The notes beneath the pieces are model-generated. The model was not told where the DNA came from and searched no databases. It saw only the letters and a program-made list of their open reading frames with translations. The position numbers and the translations under genes were made by a program. This document shows positions 57,111-64,000 of a stretch of 64,000 bases of DNA, one piece after another (the first letter of the stretch is position 1; the number at the start of each line of letters is the position of its first letter). Source of the DNA: an archaeon (GTDB taxonomy: Archaea > Asgardarchaeota > Thorarchaeia > Thorarchaeales > Thorarchaeaceae); contig JAJRWI010000037.1 in the NCBI GenBank assembly GCA_024276825.1, positions 1 to 64,000 of the forward strand, given 5' to 3'.

Positions 57111-59186
57111 ATGTCCGATATGCAATCTAGATTCATAGAGTTTCTACGAAATTATAAGGATGAACAAGGCAATCCAATTTATCTGTCGAAAATAAGGCAA
57201 CTCTCTCTTAATGAAGAAACCTCCATTGCGGTTGATTTTCAAGACCTCTCAGCATATGATATTGGTTTCATCGATGATGCTGATAAACATCCTTATGATT
57301 TCATTGAACAGGCGAAGAACGCCTTGATTGATATTTTACGAGTGGAGGATCCTGATTATCTAAGTGACTTTGAAGATCCCTACTCAATCTTCAAGGTCAG
57401 GATTATTAATTATAGTGAATATGTGCCGCTACGAGCCATTAGATCAAGGCATATTGGGAAACTAATCAAGATCAGTGGAATAATGATGCGAGCCAGTGAA
57501 GTCAAACCCCTCTTGCGAGTAGGAGCTTTCAGATGCAAGGCATGTAAAACATTAATATATGTCAATCAAGAAGATGGACAATACACAGTTCCCGAATCAT
57601 GTACCAACCAGGACTGCTCTTATTATGGAAAGCGACCACCAGTACGCCTAGATCCACTCGAATCAGTATTTGAGGACTGGCAGAAAGTACGAATCCAGGA
57701 ATCTCCCGAAGAACTGCCCCCAGGACAGATGCCCCGGTCCATTGACGTCACCTTTCGCGGGGACATTGTAGATATATCACGTCCTGGAGATATGGTCAAA
57801 ATCACTGGAATTTTGCAGACCACCCCTGACTTCTCTCGAAGAGGTGCAAAACTTGCGACATTCAATATTTACATAGAAGCCAATGGTGTTGAGGTTTCTG
57901 AGAAAGAATACGAGCAGCTAGAGATATCCGAAGAGGATGAGAATAAGATTAAGGAATTAGCCGCTGATCCTTATGTGCATGAACGCATTTTTGCATCAAT
58001 TGCTCCATCAATTCAGGGCCATGAGATAATAAAGGAGTCAATCGCTCTGCTTCTTTTTGGTGGCGTTGAAAAAACTCTGCCAGATGGCACTAGATTGAGA
58101 GGTCGCTCAAATATTCTTATGGTTGGAGATCCAGGAACTGGTAAGAGTCAGATTTTGAAATTTGTTGCTGATTTGGCATCACGTGGTCTCTATACTTCTG
58201 GAAAGGGTACAACAGCTGCTGGTCTGACAGCTGCAGTTGTACATGACACAGACACTGGAGCTATGACTTTGGAGGCTGGGGCACTTGTTCTGGCTGATCA
58301 GGGAATCGCATGCATTGATGAATTCGACAAAATGGACCCAAATGACCGTACTGCCATCCATGAAGCAATGGAACAGCACACTGTGAGCATCGCCAAGGCT
58401 GGAATTGTGGCCACACTCAACGCTAGAACTTCAATACTCGCAGCGGCAAATCCCGCCCTTGGTCGTTATGAATCATCTCTTTCTGTTCAGGACAATATAA
58501 AACTGCCATTCACGATACTGTCTCGTTTTGATTTAATCTGGATTCTGGTGGACACGGTCGAGGCAACAAAAGACAGAGAATTAGCGCAATTTATTCTTCA
58601 GATGCATCAGAGAAAAGACCCACATGAACAAGACACAACATCAATCATCCCTCCGGACTTCCTTAAAAAATACATTGGATATGCAAACCGTTATGTAATT
58701 CCACAGCTGACTGCAGAAGCAGCTGAGGAGATTGAGAACTTTTATGTAGAATTACGCAAGACCGCTGAGGGTGGGGATGCCCCCATACCCATCACTGCAC
58801 GTCAACTCGAGTCTCTTGTCCGTCTTGCCGAAGCACGTGCAAGAATGGCCTTACGCTCCAAAGTAATCAAAGAAGATGCACGAGCTGCAATTCGTCTTAT
58901 GGAAGAATCACTTCGTATGGTAGCATTGGATAAAATAACTGGGAAGATCGATATTGACCAAGTTGTATCAAAGATGAGTGCATATCAAAGGAGCACCTCT
59001 GATAAGATTCTGATGGCATTGAGATCATTTGAAGATGAAGGAATCTCCGTTGTTAATGAAGACCTCTTAATTCAACGGGTTGTTGAGCTGGGCGAGTCCA
59101 GAGAGGTGGTTGCATCTGTAATTGCAAAGCTTGAGAGCGAAGGAATACTATACCGTCCTCAAGATGGGAAGATAAAACGTGCTTAA
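57111..59186 (+). CDS. mcm: MCM replicative helicase
   Basis: Zn finger, QESPEELPPGQMPRS, GDPGTGKSQ, IDEFDKM, ILSRFDL, TARQLESL. Confidence 0.98.
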   Translation: MSDMQSRFIEFLRNYKDEQGNPIYLSKIRQLSLNEETSIAVDFQDLSAYDIGFIDDADKHPYDFIEQAKNALIDILRVEDPDYLSDFEDPYSIFKVRIINYSEYVPLRAIRSRHIGKLIKISGIMMRASEVKPLLRVGAFRCKACKTLIYVNQEDGQYTVPESCTNQDCSYYGKRPPVRLDPLESVFEDWQKVRIQESPEELPPGQMPRSIDVTFRGDIVDISRPGDMVKITGILQTTPDFSRRGAKLATFNIYIEANGVEVSEKEYEQLEISEEDENKIKELAADPYVHERIFASIAPSIQGHEIIKESIALLLFGGVEKTLPDGTRLRGRSNILMVGDPGTGKSQILKFVADLASRGLYTSGKGTTAAGLTAAVVHDTDTGAMTLEAGALVLADQGIACIDEFDKMDPNDRTAIHEAMEQHTVSIAKAGIVATLNARTSILAAANPALGRYESSLSVQDNIKLPFTILSRFDLIWILVDTVEATKDRELAQFILQMHQRKDPHEQDTTSIIPPDFLKKYIGYANRYVIPQLTAEAAEEIENFYVELRKTAEGGDAPIPITARQLESLVRLAEARARMALRSKVIKEDARAAIRLMEESLRMVALDKITGKIDIDQVVSKMSAYQRSTSDKILMALRSFEDEGISVVNEDLLIQRVVELGESREVVASVIAKLESEGILYRPQDGKIKRA

Positions 59187-61443
59187 TGATTCTGATACTG
59201 TGAGTGTGATAATAACGAGAATAGATGAAATTCCAATAAACCAAAGAATAATCAAACTACTCACATCCTTGGGCATTAAAACTCTGTTTCCACCCCAAGA
59301 ACGGGCCCTCGAAACTGGTGTGTTGAATGGTCGAAACCTTATACTTGCTATACCCACTAGCTCTGGTAAGACCCTGGTCGCTGAGATATGCATGCTAAAA
59401 TCAATCCTCAGTGGAAATGGCAAGGCCATGTATTTGGTCCCTCTCAGATCACTTGCATTTGAAAAACACAATGAATTCAAAAAATACGATCATCTGGGAA
59501 TAAAAACAGCAATTTCAGTAGGAGACTTTGACACCACCTCTCAAGAGTTGCAAGATGCTGATATAATAATATTGACAACTGAACGCGCAGACTCGCTCAT
59601 TCGACATGGGGCAAACTGGCTCCCAGAGATTGGAATTGTTGTTGTGGATGAGATACACCTCTTAAATGACCCTTCACGAGGTCCGACCCTTGAAATGGTG
59701 GTGGCTACAATTCTGAATACAATGCCCAATGTTCAAATTGTTGCTCTCAGTGCAACAATATCAAACGCTGATGCAATTGCTCATTGGTTGGATGCTGAAT
59801 TAGTAAAGAGCACATGGAGACCAATATCTCTCAGAGAGGGGGTTTATTTCAATGGCAATATAATGTTCGATGATGGGTCCTCACGACCAGTTGAAAGAAA
59901 ACGAAACAACGAACTAGCCAATTTGGTCTGTAGCATCCTAGATGAAGATGGTCAAGTACTGGTATTCGTATCAAGTCGAAGATCAACAATCAGTGTAGCA
60001 CGAATTCTTTCAAGGTATGTAAATCCCTATGTGTCCGATGAGTCCAGAGAATATCTACGCTCACTGGCACAAAAAATAGGAGGGGGTCGTTCAATACCCG
60101 AAACCTCCCGCATTCTTGCACGGACCATAATGAATGGTGTGGCCTTTCATCATGCGGGTCTTTCAAATCAGGAACGCATCCTTATTGAAAATGCCTTCAA
60201 GAGCAATCATCTGAAAGTTATCACTGCTACTCCTACACTTGCTGCAGGCGTGAATCTGCCTGCACGAAGGGTCATTATTAGGGATTATAGAAGATACGAG
60301 TCTAGTCGCGGTAATTACCCCATTCCAGTCCTAGAGTACAAGCAAATGTCTGGTCGAGCTGGGAGGCCTAAATACGACTCTTATGGTGAATCCGTGCTCA
60401 TTGCAAAGTCGGAATACGAACTTGACTCTCTCATGGAACAATATGTACTATCCGAACCTGAAGAAATAACTTCAAAATTGGCGTCACAAAAGGCCATGCG
60501 CTTTCATCTGTTGGCTTTGATCTCAAGCAAAATAGTAAATACGACAAATGACATTGACTCGTTTCTTGCAAAGACATTTTTCTCATCACAGTTTGATCAA
60601 CATATTATCACGGAATATATTCAATCTGCACTTGACTTTCTTGAGAATAGTGGACTGATTCATCAAGAAGATGACATCTTATATGCCACCTCATTTGGCA
60701 AACGCACATCAGATCTATATATTGACCCCGAGTCTGCAATACTGTTTCGAGATATACTCTCTCAGAACCCCGATGTTTCAGAACAATCTGTCATTCACCT
60801 CATTTGTCACTCTCCTGACCAACCTGTCTTTTATCTGGGTGGGACTGAAGTTGATGACTATAGCGCTTTTGTGGACGCTCATGGTGATGAATTCCTAGTT
60901 CCGCCACCAGATTACTGGGACGAGCGAGCAGACCTGATCTCTTACTTGGCAGAAATCAAGACATCATTCGTCCTTTTGGACTGGATGGATGAACAAACTG
61001 ATAGAGAAATAACTGAACGATACAATATTGGAGTTGGGGATATACATAGGTTTGCTCAAATTGCGACTTGGCTTCTGTACTCAGCCTCTGAGATTGCCAG
61101 AATATCAGCATCAAAAGAGATTGCCAGCTTTATTAGAATGCTCAGTGATAGAATGAAACATGGTGTACGTTCTGAGATACTCGAATTAGTCCGGCTGAAG
61201 GGTATTGGCCGAGTCAGAGCCAGAATGCTGTACAACCATGGTGTAAAGAGTCTTAGTGATCTCCTCACAATAAACCCAATACAACTTGCCAGAATCCCAA
61301 CCATTGGGACAACGCTTGCAAGATCAATATTGAAACAGGTTGGAATTAAAATGGATGAGATGCCCGAAGTAGCACCTGAAGAGGATCCATCCGAACTGCT
61401 GACAACGCTTAATCAAACATCTCTGGATGATCATGACATTTAG
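59179..61443 (+). CDS. hel308: Hel308/Hjm Ski2-like DNA helicase
   Basis: PTSSGKT, VVDEIH, LSAT, FHHAGL, TPTLAAGVNLPAR, QMSGRAGRP, GIGRVRAR.L. Confidence 0.95.
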   Translation: MLNDSDTVSVIITRIDEIPINQRIIKLLTSLGIKTLFPPQERALETGVLNGRNLILAIPTSSGKTLVAEICMLKSILSGNGKAMYLVPLRSLAFEKHNEFKKYDHLGIKTAISVGDFDTTSQELQDADIIILTTERADSLIRHGANWLPEIGIVVVDEIHLLNDPSRGPTLEMVVATILNTMPNVQIVALSATISNADAIAHWLDAELVKSTWRPISLREGVYFNGNIMFDDGSSRPVERKRNNELANLVCSILDEDGQVLVFVSSRRSTISVARILSRYVNPYVSDESREYLRSLAQKIGGGRSIPETSRILARTIMNGVAFHHAGLSNQERILIENAFKSNHLKVITATPTLAAGVNLPARRVIIRDYRRYESSRGNYPIPVLEYKQMSGRAGRPKYDSYGESVLIAKSEYELDSLMEQYVLSEPEEITSKLASQKAMRFHLLALISSKIVNTTNDIDSFLAKTFFSSQFDQHIITEYIQSALDFLENSGLIHQEDDILYATSFGKRTSDLYIDPESAILFRDILSQNPDVSEQSVIHLICHSPDQPVFYLGGTEVDDYSAFVDAHGDEFLVPPPDYWDERADLISYLAEIKTSFVLLDWMDEQTDREITERYNIGVGDIHRFAQIATWLLYSASEIARISASKEIASFIRMLSDRMKHGVRSEILELVRLKGIGRVRARMLYNHGVKSLSDLLTINPIQLARIPTIGTTLARSILKQVGIKMDEMPEVAPEEDPSELLTTLNQTSLDDHDI

Positions 61444-62522
61444 AAATGATACTCCGCTAGCTCAGAGTGCACTGCCTTGATTATCTCTCTTGTTCGATTG
61501 ATTGAATGGTCACTCTCAACATTCAACTCCTCACTCACTTTGACCTCTTCACCTGCAATCTCTTCTAACAGATTCTTGGTACATTTTGAGAGTACATCCA
61601 AGTCATATCCTCCTTCTAGAAAGAACACAAGCCTTCCATTGCAGTGCTTCTCTGCCATTTCTACAAGCATCCTATTCATCATTGCAAATCCATTGAAAGT
61701 GAGACCAAGAGAAGTGAGTGGGTCTCTTAGGTGCGCATCAAATCCAGCAGACACAAGTATGAACTCTGGCTTGAAGCTCGATGCAGCCTGTTTCACAACA
61801 TCATTGAATACAATCCCATAGGATTTGTCCCCCGCTCTTGGATATAATGGCACATTAATGTTGTATCCTATTCCCCTCCCTACTCCTATCTCATCAATAA
61901 AGCCAGTTCCAGGGAATAATGTGCGTCCATCTTGGTGAATACCTACGTACATGACCCTGTCGGTCGAAAAGAATGCATGCTGCGTACCGTTGCCATGATG
62001 TGCATCATAATCTACAATCATAACACGTTCAAGTTTCCTGTGTTCAATGAGATGATTGGCTGCGACCGCAATGTTATTGATAAAGCAAAACCCAAAGGCC
62101 CTCGATGGCTCTGCATGGTGTCCTGGTGGTCGGCATAGTATTAATGCATTATCAGTAACACCATCAAGTATATTGTCCACGGCCATTACTCCACCACCCG
62201 CCGCGATGATAGCTGCATCATAGGTGTGCCTATTAGCTTGAGTATCGAGTGTAAAATATCCACCACCATTCGCAGAAACTTCCTTTACCCTCTCCAAATA
62301 TGCCCTATCATGAACCGCCAAAACATCCTCGAAACTTGCTGCCTTGGGCGTAACGAGCCGTATCTTTTCTATGTCCAATAATCCTGTTTCTTTCAAATAT
62401 GACATTGTGTGCAGAACTCTTAGGGGCGACTCTAGATGCCCCAAGCTCATCTCATGCTTTGTGAACACATCATGATACACAAGATCCGTCATTACAACTC
62501 GCTTCCTCTCAGTACATTGCAT
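61440..62522 (-). CDS. Histone deacetylase-family protein
   Basis: H.ESP.R, RPPGHHA, GFCFINN, DYDAHHGNGTQ, SAGFDAH..DPL, LEGGY; true start probably MTDLVY. Confidence 0.95.
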   Translation of the reverse strand: MQCTERKRVVMTDLVYHDVFTKHEMSLGHLESPLRVLHTMSYLKETGLLDIEKIRLVTPKAASFEDVLAVHDRAYLERVKEVSANGGGYFTLDTQANRHTYDAAIIAAGGGVMAVDNILDGVTDNALILCRPPGHHAEPSRAFGFCFINNIAVAANHLIEHRKLERVMIVDYDAHHGNGTQHAFFSTDRVMYVGIHQDGRTLFPGTGFIDEIGVGRGIGYNINVPLYPRAGDKSYGIVFNDVVKQAASSFKPEFILVSAGFDAHLRDPLTSLGLTFNGFAMMNRMLVEMAEKHCNGRLVFFLEGGYDLDVLSKCTKNLLEEIAGEEVKVSEELNVESDHSINRTREIIKAVHSELAEYHF

Positions 62523-62617
62523 AATCAGTCATACACAAAGACTCGCTTGATACTTTGTTGATGTGGCAAGCTTTATTTTATCTTGTGCTGGTCAAGAAGT
62601 CAATCTTCAGCAAGCAT

Positions 62618-62755
62618 GGGTCGGTAGTCTAGCTTGGTATGATTCTTGCTTGGGGTGGTTCTATTCATAAGAATGGAATCCCAACCTGCAAGAGATCGGG
62701 AGTTCAAAATAGTGCAAACATGCCTTGCATTATGAAGTTCTCCCCCGGCCCACCA
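62618..62755 (+). tRNA. tRNA-Pro(GGG) with two introns (62656-62686 canonical; 62709-62738 at 59/60)
   Basis: CTTGC-TT-GGG-G|T-GCAAG; BHB helices TTGG/CCAA and TTCA/TGAA; splicing restores GGGAG-TTCAAAT-CTCCC; CCA. Confidence 0.93.
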
Positions 62756-62769
62756 TCCTCTTTTCTTGT

Positions 62770-63360
62770 TCAAGACCTTGCCAAGGCCTCACAGACTGTT
62801 TCATAAATTGGTCCCGAGGATGTGAGCGTACTCTTTGTCAATCTGACAGTATCTATGGCCATGTCACCAATTCTCTCATCCGCCAACGACTCAAGATTTC
62901 TCATTAGTTGTTCTCGGTTCTTAATGAAACGGACTCTTGCAATGGTGATATGCGGGACAAACTTGCCTTCTGGGGGGTAACCAAACTCATGCAATAACTC
63001 ATCGATTTGCTCTTTCAGGCTCTTCACCATGTCCGCATTATGAGTGACTCCAACCCAAATGACACGAGGTCTTCTATTGTTGGGAAATGATCTAACTCCT
63101 CCAATGGACACATTAAATGGAGTGAAACTGATTCTCTCGAAACGTGAACAGATATCATTGACTGTTGAAACTGGAGTATCCCCAAGAAAACGGACTGTGA
63201 AGTGAATATTTTCCATCTCAACAAGCTTCATCTTTGCAGACCCTTTGTCCAGTCTGTCTTGAATTTGCTTTATTCTTGATAATAATGAATCATCTTGAAT
63301 ATCAATACTGAAAAACACTCTCAATGAATTGACCATTAGTAGCACCAGCTTCGATTGCAT
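62770..63360 (-). CDS. thpR: RNA 2',3'-cyclic phosphodiesterase (2H family)
   Basis: RVFFSI, NIHFTVRFLG, PRVIWVG, FVPHITIAR, STLTSSGPIY. Confidence 0.93.
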   Translation of the reverse strand: MQSKLVLLMVNSLRVFFSIDIQDDSLLSRIKQIQDRLDKGSAKMKLVEMENIHFTVRFLGDTPVSTVNDICSRFERISFTPFNVSIGGVRSFPNNRRPRVIWVGVTHNADMVKSLKEQIDELLHEFGYPPEGKFVPHITIARVRFIKNREQLMRNLESLADERIGDMAIDTVRLTKSTLTSSGPIYETVCEALARS

Positions 63361-63417
63361 TAATTCTTTAAGTCATAATATGACTTGTTTTTATCATAGG
63401 GAGTGAATGATTAGACT

Positions 63418-63954
63418 ATGAAGCTTGTCATTATCACAGGAATGCCTGGTGCAGGAAAGAGCGTTGTGGCCAACATTTTCAGGGAACATGAATATCCAGT
63501 TATAGTAATGGGTGATGTCATTCGCGAGCAGGCCAGAAGAAGAGGCTTGGACCCAGACTCCGAATCTACAAAGAAGATAATGCTTGAACTTAGAGAACTT
63601 GATGGACCTGGTGCTGTTGCTAAGAAGTGTTTAGCCATACTCCAATCACAAGAATCGAACATTGTGGTTATTGAGGGCTGTCGAAGCCTTGCTGAAGTTG
63701 ACGTCTTTGATGATTTTGCCACTGACCTCACAATAATATGTGTTCACTCTTCACCCAAGACACGCTTTAGACGATTACAAGAACGTGGAAGAAAGGATGC
63801 CCCTCCCGATTGGTTGGTGTTCAAGGAGCGGGACATGCGCGAGATAGCAGTTGGCTTAGGGGGGGTCATTGCCATGGCCGATATTATGATAGTAAATGAA
63901 GGACCGCTTGAAACCCTCAGGAAGAAAACAATTGAAATCTTGGAGGGCCTTTGA
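63418..63954 (+). CDS. UPF0200 P-loop kinase (dephospho-CoA kinase-like)
   Basis: ITGMPGAGKS, MGDVIR, EGCRS..EV, RF.RL..RGR.D, RD.RE...GLG. Confidence 0.85.
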   Translation: MKLVIITGMPGAGKSVVANIFREHEYPVIVMGDVIREQARRRGLDPDSESTKKIMLELRELDGPGAVAKKCLAILQSQESNIVVIEGCRSLAEVDVFDDFATDLTIICVHSSPKTRFRRLQERGRKDAPPDWLVFKERDMREIAVGLGGVIAMADIMIVNEGPLETLRKKTIEILEGL

Positions 63955-63955
63955 C

Positions 63956-64000
63956 TTGCAAATCACAATAAAGTGCCCCGTGTATCCTACTGAAGATGTT
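63956..64000 (+). CDS. 5' fragment of UPF0201 (COG1931-like) RNA-binding protein
   Basis: TTG start, MQITIKCPVYPTEDV; V.PTED motif; usual neighbour of UPF0200. Confidence 0.6.
   Translation, partial: MQITIKCPVYPTEDV

Noticed and set aside
2383-63731. Numerous antisense or nested ORFs (e.g. 2383..2805, 10543..11124, 18706..19095, 44149..44529, 63411..63731)
   Set aside because: Opposite well-supported conserved genes, with no recognisable motifs

Overview
Archaeal chromosomal window, probably Asgard and Thorarchaeia-like. The lineage is inferred from gene content (Rpo8, Gins23, TFE, GatDE, an LKR/SDH pair, a membrane-anchored Gly/Pro-repeat protein), not from a search. It carries housekeeping genes (pgk, gatDE, tfe, mbf1, pan, nac, hypF, iorAB, ipk, rps10, glmS, korA), a replication cluster (cdc6, rfcL/S, GINS, mcm, hel308) and seven tRNAs; four have BHB introns, three of them including non-canonical positions. 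The most interesting part is about 14-32 kb. (1) A candidate replication origin lies at ~27.6-27.75 kb (two inverted ORB boxes around an AT-rich stretch), with a third near-consensus ORB at 31.9 kb, about 20-24 kb from cdc6. (2) An operon encodes an ExeA/TnsC-like AAA+ ATPase plus a small ribbon-helix-helix protein with a charged N-terminal tail. It is surrounded by many 9-bp-phased TGTAATAC/GTATTACA boxes, some inside coding genes, and is a candidate non-ParA partition or cell-cycle system with a dispersed centromere. (3) An ATTCACA iteron-like array sits beside a winged-helix gene. (4) GAACACGTGTTC palindromes bracket the origin and a stand-alone Cas2/VapD-like gene. (5) There is an unannotated ~190-nt highly structured ncRNA candidate. 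Also present: two families of dispersed miniature repeats (one IS607-derived), three genes interrupted by single in-frame TAA codons, a SufS-like protein lacking the PLP lysine, and scattered pilus/DNA-transfer-like genes. No CRISPR array or rRNA was seen.
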